A stretch of 64,000 nt of DNA from a virus (Duplodnaviria; Heunggongvirae; Uroviricota; Caudoviricetes), in the IMG/VR virus record IMGVR_UViG_3300049919_000267, positions 38,379-102,378 of that record. The stretch is one strand, 5' to 3'. The first letter of the stretch is position 1. Every line of letters begins with the position of its first letter. The position numbers were made by a program, and so were the translations under genes. The notes below the pieces were generated by a model. The model did no database searches. It saw nothing but the letters and a program-made list of their open reading frames with translations, and had not been told where the DNA came from. Of the stretch, positions 1 through 10,220 are shown piece by piece.

Positions 1-3000
1 TCACCACTTATATCAGATTGCCCATCATTTGAAGATTGATTATATGCTGTAATAATACTATCAGAAGTTTCTGTATAAACATCAGCAATTCTTTTCTTTA
101 CTGTATTTACATTATTCCAATCTCCAGGGATAGTTTCAGGGATAGAATTTAAAAAATTCTTAATTTTATTAAGATCATCTATTCTATCTTTTAATTCTCT
201 TTGAATATTTGCAAGATCTTGTAATGAATCATATTGTGGTTTTACAACAAAATCACCATTCTGGTCAATATCATAATATTTATCATTAAATCTGTCATCA
301 TCTGGCATAAATTCAAATATAGATGCAACAAAGTTATATTCTTCCTGAACAGCATCTATCTGATCATCTACTAAATTTTTATCTTTATTTTCAATTACAA
401 TAGGTTTACCATTGTAATTATCTGTAATTCTTTTTAATTCAGATGTAAATTCATTTGTAGACAAATCTCTTTCAAGTAATGCGGAAATTTCGGCCAGTAA
501 CTTCTGACCATTAATATCTGCAAGAATTGTTTGAACTTTACCTTGGATTCTGATAGCTTTTAAAAGTTTTTCCTCATTAGCTTTATATTTTTTAGTAGTA
601 ACAATCTTATTAGGATCTTTACTAAAAAGTTTAAGTTTTCTTTGCCCAAGAGAATTATCTTTATTTGCAACTTCTCTTTGAAAATAAGTATTATAAGCAT
701 TATAACTTAAAGACATTCTTCTAGAGAGAAGAGTCTCAGGTCTTTCAGCTTTAGTTTTTTCCTCTTTAAGAGCAGCGGTTAATTTCCATTCATCTTCAAT
801 CCAACCTTTTTGAATACCAATTTCTTCTCTTTTAATAGCATTGATTCTTCTTTGTTTTTCATTATCTAATGCTTCTAAATCTAAAGCATTATTATCTTTC
901 TCTGGGGCTTTTGGTTGTACATAGAAGTTAGTATCTTCTTCGCCACCAACTAATTCAAAAGCTGAATTATTATTCATAAAAGCATCTCTCTGAGATGTTA
1001 ATTCATCTAATTCAGATTGGAGCTTGTTTATCTTCTCAAGAGTTTCCTGAGTTTTTAACAGGTTAAAACCTAATAAAGTACCATTATTAGCTTTAGACCT
1101 GTTATTAAAGTCTTGAGCTTTTGGTGAATTCCTTTCTTTAGAAAGCATACTATCCCAATGATATGCAAATTCTTTCTGAAGAACTTCAATTTGATTTTTT
1201 AATGCTGGAATTCTTGCATTAAAATTTCTAGATACTGAAGCAAATGGTACTGAATAATCAGTTACCGGGATACCATTTTCATCCAATATAGAACTCAAAA
1301 TTTCAAGAGATGGCTCACCTAAAGCTGTTTCACTGTCAGTAATTTCATCTAAGTAAATATCTAACAAAGCATTTTGCATTGCAAGTCCTCTGAGATAAGC
1401 TTTCTTAGCTTCGAACTCTTTACTTCTTTTTTCTTTTTGAGCTTTAGAATATTTTAAACCAAAATATCCTTCTCTTGTTTCAGATACATTATCTAAAACA
1501 TTATTTTCAATCCATGTATCTGACTTAGAAAGTCTTTCAACAATCTTAGTCATTTTAGCTAACATCTCTTTCTTCTCTCCGGGTTTCATATTACCTGGTT
1601 CATAACCAAGGGCTTGAATATCCTTATCAGAAAAATTAGAAGAAGAAGTTAGATTAGCAAGTAATAAATCTTTCTTACCTGCTTTAATATATTCCATAGC
1701 AAGTTGTGTAAACAACACATTTCTTGCTAATTTATTTAATTCTTTATTTTGATATGTACTATTATTTTTATCTGTTGGATCTTCAGTATTTTGAATAACA
1801 TCCATTATTCCTTGAATATTATTCATTTTATTCAAGAAATCCTGAAGCTTTTTTTGATCTAATAAAGGTTGCCCTGTCTTAGGATCAGTTAATATTGTTT
1901 CTACTGGTTTTGTTTTTGTAGGATCAGAAGGATCTGGCCTCTCTTCAACTTTTGTTTGATAGAAGTGTTGAGACTCAAATAAATTAGTAGTTGCTGCATT
2001 TAATCTATCATTCCAATATTTATCTACTTTAGCTTGTTGTCTGGCTCCAAGGCTGGCATGTATAATACCGCCACCAACACCAAAAAGACCACCTATACCA
2101 ATAGATTTAGATAATTCATCATCTACAAATCTATCGTCCCCAGCTCCTTTAAAAAATTGTTTTGTTTGAGAGATATATCTCTTACCTACACTACCAAAAA
2201 TTTCATCTTCTTTTTGAAGTTTGTTTACATTTTCTTCACTTGTCCCTGGTCTGTAAAACTCATCATCAGCACCAAACTTTTCATTAGCAGTTCTTGATAT
2301 AGCTAACTGAATGTTTTCCTCAAAAAGACCTTCTGATAGAAAACCAAGAGTAGCAACAGAGCCAACTTTCCAAATATTTTTAAGAGCCGAAGTTTTATCA
2401 TAACTTGTACCTGAACTTAAATTTCCAAGTTTAGATCTAACAGCAGCACTAGCCTTTCCCCCAGCAGTTTCAGCAGTTGCAGCAGACTTACTTAAAAGTC
2501 CTTTTGCATATTTACCAATTCTGTTAAACACTAAAGTTTCTAAAAATTTAGGGCCAATTAAAATAGTCATATTCTGCTTAAATACTTCAGCAGCACCAGC
2601 AGCAGATAATCTTTCTTTTTCTTCAGTTGTATAATAGTACCCGGTTTCAGGATTAATTCTTCCTTCAAAAGATCCGTATATTTTTTGTTTAACTTCGTTA
2701 GCTTCCACAGCAGATTCAATTACAGTTGTAGCTAATGTTTGTGCAGTTAAATCTACTGCATTTTTAACAAGAGCATTTCCTGTACTTTCAACACCTAAAA
2801 AGTTCATTGTTCTTTGCAGACCAGTTTTCCCTACTTGTGCAGCAGTTAAAGCTTCTGTAGAAACTCCTTTCGCTAGAGGAGAAAGTCTTGAAGCTACTTT
2901 GGTTCCAAGTCCAAGTTTTGATATTAGACCTACTTCAAAAGCAGCAGATACAAGAAACCCCAAGCCATCACTAACATCATTCATCCAAAAATCACCATCA

Positions 3001-3675
3001 GATAATGAGGCTATAAAACCTTTTTTATCTCTGTCAGATTTTTCTTGAAAATAGTGATACCTATTTTTGAGATTTTCATCCCAAGAATCAAACATGTTTG
3101 AAAATACATTATCTGAAGCTGAAGTTAGCCATTCATCAAAACTTTGCACTGGTTTACCTGTTACTTGGTCAATAGTGTTACCAATAGTAAGGCCGTACAA
3201 TCCAGCAAAACCTTGTCCTGTTTTTACAACAGCAGACTCTAAAGTTTTTTCAAGAAACCCAAGACCCCAATAAAAAGCAGACTTAATACCTGGTCTAAAT
3301 AAACTTGGGTTATCTCTTTGAAAATTATCAGCATATCTGGCTTCATTATCTCCACCACCTAAGATAGAAGAGTAACCATATTTACCAAAACCATCCTGAG
3401 AATGAAATAAACCAGCAGCATCATTTAAAGGGTTAATAGTATTTAAGTTAGTTTGAATAGGAGCTATATCAGGGATAAATTGAGCTAAAGGATCTCCACC
3501 CTCCATCATGAGTTCATATGGATTTTTTGTTCTTGTAGCTAATTTTGATTTACTAGGTACTATACTAAACAGACTGTATAAATCAGTTGGCTGTTTTGGT
3601 ACAGACACAGTCCCAGGATTTACATATCCTGGACTCTCTAAAGGAGCTTGATAAAATTGATTTGGATCTGGCATA
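1..3675 (-). CDS. Large structural (tail-associated?) protein, partial. The N-terminal >1224 aa are seen and the 3' end lies beyond the window start.
   Basis: Hand translation from the ATG at 3675 (MPDPNQFYQAPLESPGYVNPGTVSVPKQPT...) stays open to position 1. No competing ORF of 60 aa or more occurs in 1-3066 in any frame. It is absent from the ORF track only because no stop falls inside the window. Low-complexity, coiled-coil-rich, phage-structural composition. Confidence 0.6.
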
Positions 3676-3684
3676 ATTTATCTA

Positions 3685-6600
3685 TTATCTTGCGTATTGC
3701 AATTCTTTAGCTTGTTGTTTTTCTATTTCTTTTCCTAAAGCATCTTTAATTTTAACAGATTCTAATTTAGAGAACCCATTAAAACTTAACTGACTATTAA
3801 AGATACCTCTTATTGTTGTTGGGTCAGTAGTAAAATAATTTACTTCTCCTGTTTTTGGATCTATTTCATCTAAATTAATATCTGAATTATTAAAAATAAG
3901 ATCTCTGATAGTATAATGAGCATTAGAAGCTGAATTAAATGAATAAGATTCCCCACTTGGACGTTTAAGAAAAATAACTTTTTGTCCACCATTTGAAGTT
4001 GGAATTTTCATTTTAATATAATAAGCTCCTGGAGCATAAGTATTACCATCTTTATTTTTAATATTTCCCAAGTTTGTATTTTGTCCTAAAGAAACTACCT
4101 GGTAGGAAACCATAGTTTGCTTACCATTTTTTTCTACTGGAATAGTTTCCCATTGAATATCATTACCAAAACTTGTATTACCTTTTTGTGTTGCAATATT
4201 TGGGTCATCATATACAAATGTTGATTTTCCTTGTTGGTTTATTCTGTTATAAACAGGCTCCATATCATCTCTATTTGCATAAGAACCCTGAGATCCTTCA
4301 ATAGGATTAATAGTAGCTTTTATTCTGGCATAAGCATCTTTCTCTGCATATAAGAATGGAGCAAAATATTGAGCATATTCAGTTGTTTTATAGTTAGGGT
4401 TAGTAGCTAGAAATGATTTAACAGACACACGACCTGTATAGTTTCTTGGTTTTCCTTCTTTATCAACACCTTTGAATGCTATTTCATACATTGGATTTGG
4501 ATTAAAAATATCTTCTGTATTACTAATAACAGCACCTCTTACTTCCATATCACTAAATCCACTAACATCGGCCGGGTTATCAATCCCATCAATTTGAATA
4601 TCATTTGGTGTAGATTGTAATCTCCCTCTTTGTAAAAATACAAGAAGACCATCTTTTACTGCATTATAAGCACTCTCATCATTTTTTAAATTAACAACAG
4701 TAGAAACTAAGTTTTCCTGTACATATGAATATGTATTTCTTACAAACTCTTCTGCTTTTGTGAAAGCTTTTTTTGAGATACCAGCCACATGATTTAAAGC
4801 ACCATCATTAATACCCATTGTAGCATCTTCTTTAGTTTTAAATCCAGAAGATAGTACATTTGAAGTTTTAAGTTTTCCAACACTTTGATTTCTTCTGTCA
4901 GTAGCATCAAGAAATTTCCAGAAACTTTTATCTTTTTCGTACACATTTTGTACTACTGACCATGTGCCATCTTTATCTTGAATAGTGTCGTATTGAATAA
5001 TAGCTTCATTGCCATATTTTTTCTTCTCTCTTTCTTTATCCAAAACATAGTTTTGATCAAGTAAGTCATCATCAGATATAGTTCTTGCAGAAACCATTTC
5101 TTCTTTACTTAAGACTCCAGATTTAAGTAACGCTTCTCTGTAAGCATTAGCCATATCTTTCTTATTTTTAATAGCCTCATCTATTTGAGCAAGACTTCTT
5201 GTAATACCTTTATCTGCAAAAATCTTTTCAAGTTTTGGAAGTAACGCAGAAGTTCCTTTCATAGTATTCATTGCATCAGAAACAATTTTATCTCCGAATG
5301 TAAATTTACTATTAGGATCTTCATCTTTATATTCAGTAAAATTTTCTTTAATCCACTTTGTAAATGATTGGTTATCTAGATGCCCATCTTCTGCTTCTTT
5401 AGTGTAAGCAAAGTTTAACCCAGCAACCATATTATAAAATTTATCTTTAGCAGCCTGATCTTTAAATCTTGGCACATTCATAGCTGCACCAGCTTTACCA
5501 CCTACTTGTACTTGATCCCAACCTGATACAAATTCACTAAGATCTATCCCATTCTCTTGAAGTTTGCCAATAAGACCGTTCATGGTATTATTAATCTCAG
5601 TATTTTTTATTTGCCATCCACTTTGAATTACATTTAAAGATAATTCAGTCTTAGGGGCATTAGGATCTACTGGAGTAAATAAAGCAACTTCATTAATTTT
5701 CTCTTCAACTGTTTTCTTTTTACCAGTACCAGTAGTTGTACCAACTTTTCCAGAATTTTTAGCTGCTTCAATAGCATCTCTTTTATCTTCAAACCACTGT
5801 TCATTTTTTACATACTCTTCTTTTTTAACCTCATCTCTTAAAACCCCAAGAGAATTCATAAACCTATTTTCTCCAAGATCTCTATGAAAAACATCCCTTG
5901 AAGTAGGGTCTGCCAAATTTAATTCCTGAAGAAATTTAATTTTACCTTCTTTAAGTTGTTTATTATATAACTCAAGACCATTGATTACTTGCTGTGCCTC
6001 TGTTTTTTTATCTCCGGCATACAAAAGAGGATCATTTTTAATTTCCTCTATTCTTTTTAGATTACTATCAATCTTAGCTTGGTATAGATTAATATCTTCT
6101 TTTTGGAGAACTTCTATAGGGACTCCTTGGTTTTCATACCAATGTTCATTCATAAGAACTTCTCTGTCTTTTGTAGACATAAGAGATTCTGTAACAAAAT
6201 TATTAAAATCAGCTTCAGAGTAATGTTTATTAGTTGATTTAATATAATAAGGTCTTTCAATATCATATCCACGATCATAAACATATTCGTTTCTTTCAAA
6301 AGCATCTTTTTTAGCTTTTACAATTCTATCTACGAGATCTTTTTTAGTAGCTAAGTTAGGAGTACTTCTACCAGTGTATTCAGCACCAGCACTTTTGGAA
6401 CCTAGCCATTTGGATACATCTGCACTTTCCCTGGCATATTGTCCAAGTTCCATCTTACCTGCCTTAAAAGCTTCATTAGCATCTTTTGACCATTTTCTGT
6501 AAACTCCAGTATTAATAACATCATTTACTATATTTTCATCTTGATATAATGGTCTAGCAAGGCCAACTAATTGGGAAACATTATTAGGATTTGAGAAATC

Positions 6601-6894
6601 CACAGTAGAATATTTGTTTAAACTATTGGTAAGCTCTCCTACCCTAGCTCTTAAATATTCCCTGCCACCTTCATTTGCTATATCTAGCCCAGCTACACGA
6701 TCAACAGCATTCTGGATATTTTGTACGCCAGCCTCATACTGTTGTTCCTTAAACATACCTACCTTGGTATACGCTTCAGTAGGAATTTGTTGAATGTAGG
6801 GGTTAAAATTCTCTATTGCACCTATAAAATTTGCCATATAATTAAACTGATTAGAAGATTCTGTAAAAATAATTAACTTAGTTAAGACTACCAA
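3685..6894 (-). CDS. Large phage structural/tail protein (1069 aa), function unknown
   Basis: ORF-track 1069-aa ORF, co-oriented and tightly spaced with the neighbouring giant structural ORFs. Coiled-coil-rich N-terminal half and a beta-rich C-terminal half typical of tail/baseplate proteins. Confidence 0.65.
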   Translation of the reverse strand: MVVLTKLIIFTESSNQFNYMANFIGAIENFNPYIQQIPTEAYTKVGMFKEQQYEAGVQNIQNAVDRVAGLDIANEGGREYLRARVGELTNSLNKYSTVDFSNPNNVSQLVGLARPLYQDENIVNDVINTGVYRKWSKDANEAFKAGKMELGQYARESADVSKWLGSKSAGAEYTGRSTPNLATKKDLVDRIVKAKKDAFERNEYVYDRGYDIERPYYIKSTNKHYSEADFNNFVTESLMSTKDREVLMNEHWYENQGVPIEVLQKEDINLYQAKIDSNLKRIEEIKNDPLLYAGDKKTEAQQVINGLELYNKQLKEGKIKFLQELNLADPTSRDVFHRDLGENRFMNSLGVLRDEVKKEEYVKNEQWFEDKRDAIEAAKNSGKVGTTTGTGKKKTVEEKINEVALFTPVDPNAPKTELSLNVIQSGWQIKNTEINNTMNGLIGKLQENGIDLSEFVSGWDQVQVGGKAGAAMNVPRFKDQAAKDKFYNMVAGLNFAYTKEAEDGHLDNQSFTKWIKENFTEYKDEDPNSKFTFGDKIVSDAMNTMKGTSALLPKLEKIFADKGITRSLAQIDEAIKNKKDMANAYREALLKSGVLSKEEMVSARTISDDDLLDQNYVLDKEREKKKYGNEAIIQYDTIQDKDGTWSVVQNVYEKDKSFWKFLDATDRRNQSVGKLKTSNVLSSGFKTKEDATMGINDGALNHVAGISKKAFTKAEEFVRNTYSYVQENLVSTVVNLKNDESAYNAVKDGLLVFLQRGRLQSTPNDIQIDGIDNPADVSGFSDMEVRGAVISNTEDIFNPNPMYEIAFKGVDKEGKPRNYTGRVSVKSFLATNPNYKTTEYAQYFAPFLYAEKDAYARIKATINPIEGSQGSYANRDDMEPVYNRINQQGKSTFVYDDPNIATQKGNTSFGNDIQWETIPVEKNGKQTMVSYQVVSLGQNTNLGNIKNKDGNTYAPGAYYIKMKIPTSNGGQKVIFLKRPSGESYSFNSASNAHYTIRDLIFNNSDINLDEIDPKTGEVNYFTTDPTTIRGIFNSQLSFNGFSKLESVKIKDALGKEIEKQQAKELQYAR

Positions 6895-6956
6895 ATTTTG
6901 AAAGAGATAGTTTAACTAAGTTAGTTATGAATTAAATAAAATTTTAATGAAACTGA

Positions 6957-9900
6957 TTATTGTTGACTTAAACTTTTATACTTACCAAGATGAGGCATAG
7001 ACTCAATAATATCTGCATAGGAAGCTCCTTTTTTCATAGCTTCTCTAGCCTTAATAATATCATCTAAATCTGAATTATTTATTTCAGTCTTACTCTCAGT
7101 ACCATCTTTTGAAGTTTTCTTAATTATTTTGTCTACTCCCTGTTGAGCTGCCATAAGTCCAAATTGTTGAGCTTCTCCTTCATTAAACTTCTGCACAACA
7201 TTATCAGGATTAAAAGTAACATTCCCTTTTTTGTCAAATCCATAATGCTTAAATAGGTTTGCATAAGCATTGTAAGTTTTATTTTCCAAATTATTTTGAA
7301 GTACTTTACCTGAAATACTGGTAAATGCAGCCATACCTTCTTTTCTTGTATTAAATTGAGCTTGAGCTTGTCTATTCTGTTGATCAGCAATAAGGGCCAA
7401 ATTCTTAATTCTGGCATCATTTAAAACATCCACATTCTGTCCATACACACCAAGCTTTTGAGTAGCATTACCCTGAATCTCTTGCATATTATAAGCCTCA
7501 TCTGCTTTATATTTTTGAGCTGCAAGCTGACTTAAAGCATCAATATTACCAGTTTGTTCAGCTATCTTAGCTACTTGATTGAAAGAAGATTGATTTTCAT
7601 TTCTACCAAGTTGATAACTTAAATCAAAAGTTTGCTTTAATTCTGGTTGATAACTCTGCCTAAATACAGGCTCCTGTTTGTTTGTAGCTATTGTGAGAAG
7701 TTCAGGAGCTATTTGTTCAAGAGCTAATGGAGATAAAAATCCTCTTTCTCTGCCACCACTTCCAATATTTACCTTATCTGAGAATGTTGTAGGATTTTTA
7801 TTTGCCTTACCATACTGTGTATCTACAGAAGGATCTATCTCAGTTATTGGTGCATATTTTGGTTGAAAATCGTTAGTAGTCACTGTATTTGTTTGTGTTG
7901 TTTTTGTTGTTTGAGTTGGAGTATTTGTAGCTGCATAACCATTTCCACTACCATAATGAGATAAAAATTTTTTAACATATACATTACCAGTGGTTCCAAG
8001 ATCATCTTTAGCACTACCACCTGCTGAAGTAGGTCTACCAGTAAACCAAACAGAAGCTACATCTTGAGCATTATTATGTTTACTATAAATTTTCTTCATT
8101 TGAAATGTAGCAATTTTATCTTGTAAGGCTTCACTATTTAAAAATTCCTCTTCAGTAACCTCTTTACCAAGTGCTTCTTTTGACCACTCTTTTAAATTTC
8201 CCGGCATAATTTGATATTTACCAAGGGCTTTTTGTCCCTTATATCTACCTTTTGTCACTTGTGGGCCTTTTATTTTGTAATCTCCGGAACTTTCAATTGC
8301 TGCAATAGCCTTTGCAATCTTTTGAATATCTTCTTCATCTCCAGGAACAGTGCCACCATTAGCCATAACTCTACCACCATATTCCATCTTATCTGAATTT
8401 GAATCTAATAAGCCTAAAATAATATTCTGATAGGAAGCTAGTGCTTCTTTTTTCTCAACAATTTGTTTAGATTGATTATCAAGAGATTGAAACATAACTT
8501 TTGCAGTAGAGATAGCACTTTGTTGATACGTATCTGCTACATTAGCTTTATTTAATATAGTTAAATACTTTTCTTTAGTTCTATCAACTTTACTCTCTTC
8601 TTTAGCAATATCTTTTGCTACATTTCTAAAAGTCTTATTAGTACCAGGCAGTTTCAACTTACCAAATATATTTAACCCACCCTCTTGATCTATAAATCCA
8701 ACTTCTTTATTTTCAACTTCAGCTATTTTTTGGCCATATTGAATTCCTATACCACCTTCTTTATGTTCTTTACCTACAAATTCAATCATTGGATTAGAAT
8801 GATCAGAGTTAGATAAAGTTTTAGTTTTACCACCATCAGTAATCTGAAGTTGGTTATCACCTTCAAGTGATCCACCATTTTTCATAATAGCTTGAGATCC
8901 TGTACCTTCTAGATAAGGATTAATACTAGGGGTAAAAAGTTCATCCATAATAGACTTTCTATTATTTTTTCTATTTTCTTTATTTGCTTGATTTTTACCT
9001 AAGAATGAATTTAAAGCAGTCATTCCAGTACTTGCTAACATCTCTACTTGATTCTTAGTTTCATCTCTTTTATTAGATGTCATAAGATTATCAGCAGATA
9101 CTTTATCTGCAAGTGTTTGTTGAGCTTCCGGAGTAGTTGTTTCACCATCATTATTTACATATTTACCAGTACCCTCCAGTTGTTTATTCCCATTTTTACC
9201 ATCTACAACATCATAGTATTGGGATAATGGAATTATATCAGGTTGTTGTGATACATTTCCTTTTTGATCTACTCTAAAAATTTGTTGTTCTTTTGTATTA
9301 TCCGGATGAAGAGGATTTTGTTGTTGAATATTTTGAAATATATCAATTCCAGTATTTTTAACATTTTTTAATTCTTCAGGATCTTCAGGGCCAACTTCAC
9401 CACCTAAAGCAAAGTATCCTTCATTCTCAAGAACATTTTTATTTTGAAGTCTTCTTTGTACATTAGTATAAATACTACCATAAGAAGCTGGCTTAAAAGA
9501 TGGATCTAAAAATTTATCATCTTTTAAATACCCTTTTTCATTATAAGAAGAAATCATTTTTTGCATATTACCAATACCACCATTATACCCAGCAAGAGTA
9601 AAAAAGTCTCTTTGTTTATCAGAGAATTTTAAATTCTGTGCTTTTTCATATGTAGATAGTCTATCTTGAGTATCTCTAATCATAGCAGCTTTAGCAATAA
9701 GAGCATCCTGATCTGTTGCAAATGCAGCAGTTTTAATTTTCTCTTTCTTTTCATTTAATGCTTCATAAGGAGTAAATCTATTGGTAAAATCCTTTGGAAG
9801 ATAGCCTTTATCTATTAAACCTTGATAATTTTCACCAAATCTATCAAGACCATAGTTATAAAAACCATCCACTTTGTATTGACCAGCAAGTTTTGAATTC

Positions 9901-10214
9901 TTTTTAGACCAGGCAGCATAAGCCTCTGAGGTACTATTAGGATCAATAATAGCTTGATTCATACCTTCTTCCATAGCAGAAGTATATAGTAAAGCAGGAT
10001 TAATTCCAACTTGAGTCCCTGCTTTGATAATGGCATCTTTAATTTTAACTGAACCATTACTCATTGGAAAAGTATTGTCCAAGGTTTCTCCCCAGGTTTC
10101 TCTCCCCTTTGTAACATAAGGATTGTCTTTATATTTGGTTTTTATATCCTTTGAAGTTAACTTTTTTGCAATAGTTACACCATTAGGATACTGTGGTCTA
10201 TTTTCTTTTTTCAT
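6957..10214 (-). CDS. Tail protein (tape-measure or tail-associated lysin candidate) with an internal SLT/lytic-transglycosylase-like domain
   Basis: 1085-aa ORF. The internal segment ...AIESSGDYKIKGPQVTKGRYKGQKALGKYQIMPGNLKEW... matches the catalytic E-S ... G-[LK]-[MY]-Q-I-M-P signature of family-1 lytic transglycosylases (SLT domain). Long low-complexity helical N-terminal half. Confidence 0.6.
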   Translation of the reverse strand: MKKENRPQYPNGVTIAKKLTSKDIKTKYKDNPYVTKGRETWGETLDNTFPMSNGSVKIKDAIIKAGTQVGINPALLYTSAMEEGMNQAIIDPNSTSEAYAAWSKKNSKLAGQYKVDGFYNYGLDRFGENYQGLIDKGYLPKDFTNRFTPYEALNEKKEKIKTAAFATDQDALIAKAAMIRDTQDRLSTYEKAQNLKFSDKQRDFFTLAGYNGGIGNMQKMISSYNEKGYLKDDKFLDPSFKPASYGSIYTNVQRRLQNKNVLENEGYFALGGEVGPEDPEELKNVKNTGIDIFQNIQQQNPLHPDNTKEQQIFRVDQKGNVSQQPDIIPLSQYYDVVDGKNGNKQLEGTGKYVNNDGETTTPEAQQTLADKVSADNLMTSNKRDETKNQVEMLASTGMTALNSFLGKNQANKENRKNNRKSIMDELFTPSINPYLEGTGSQAIMKNGGSLEGDNQLQITDGGKTKTLSNSDHSNPMIEFVGKEHKEGGIGIQYGQKIAEVENKEVGFIDQEGGLNIFGKLKLPGTNKTFRNVAKDIAKEESKVDRTKEKYLTILNKANVADTYQQSAISTAKVMFQSLDNQSKQIVEKKEALASYQNIILGLLDSNSDKMEYGGRVMANGGTVPGDEEDIQKIAKAIAAIESSGDYKIKGPQVTKGRYKGQKALGKYQIMPGNLKEWSKEALGKEVTEEEFLNSEALQDKIATFQMKKIYSKHNNAQDVASVWFTGRPTSAGGSAKDDLGTTGNVYVKKFLSHYGSGNGYAATNTPTQTTKTTQTNTVTTNDFQPKYAPITEIDPSVDTQYGKANKNPTTFSDKVNIGSGGRERGFLSPLALEQIAPELLTIATNKQEPVFRQSYQPELKQTFDLSYQLGRNENQSSFNQVAKIAEQTGNIDALSQLAAQKYKADEAYNMQEIQGNATQKLGVYGQNVDVLNDARIKNLALIADQQNRQAQAQFNTRKEGMAAFTSISGKVLQNNLENKTYNAYANLFKHYGFDKKGNVTFNPDNVVQKFNEGEAQQFGLMAAQQGVDKIIKKTSKDGTESKTEINNSDLDDIIKAREAMKKGASYADIIESMPHLGKYKSLSQQ

Positions 10215-10220
10215 TTTATC

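Noticed and set aside
7133-7420. Same-strand alternative-frame ORFs (7133..7420, 17406..17663, 21488..21673, 22302..22604, 22851..23123, 27165..27371, 27857..28051, 31821..32165, 32525..32749, 35726..35944, 41151..41363, 45236..45541, 51304..51666, 58688..58981, 61292..61507, 63015..63260)
   Set aside because: Each is fully nested in, or antisense to, a longer and better-supported gene (or a tRNA in the case of 51304..51666). Their compositions are repetitive or hydrophobic artefacts of AT-rich DNA.
3067-8396. Plus-strand ORFs 3067..3273, 5981..6223, 7678..7866 and 8211..8396 inside the giant minus-strand genes
   Set aside because: Each is short, embedded antisense within a long well-supported structural ORF, with low-complexity translations. 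They are typical shadow ORFs.
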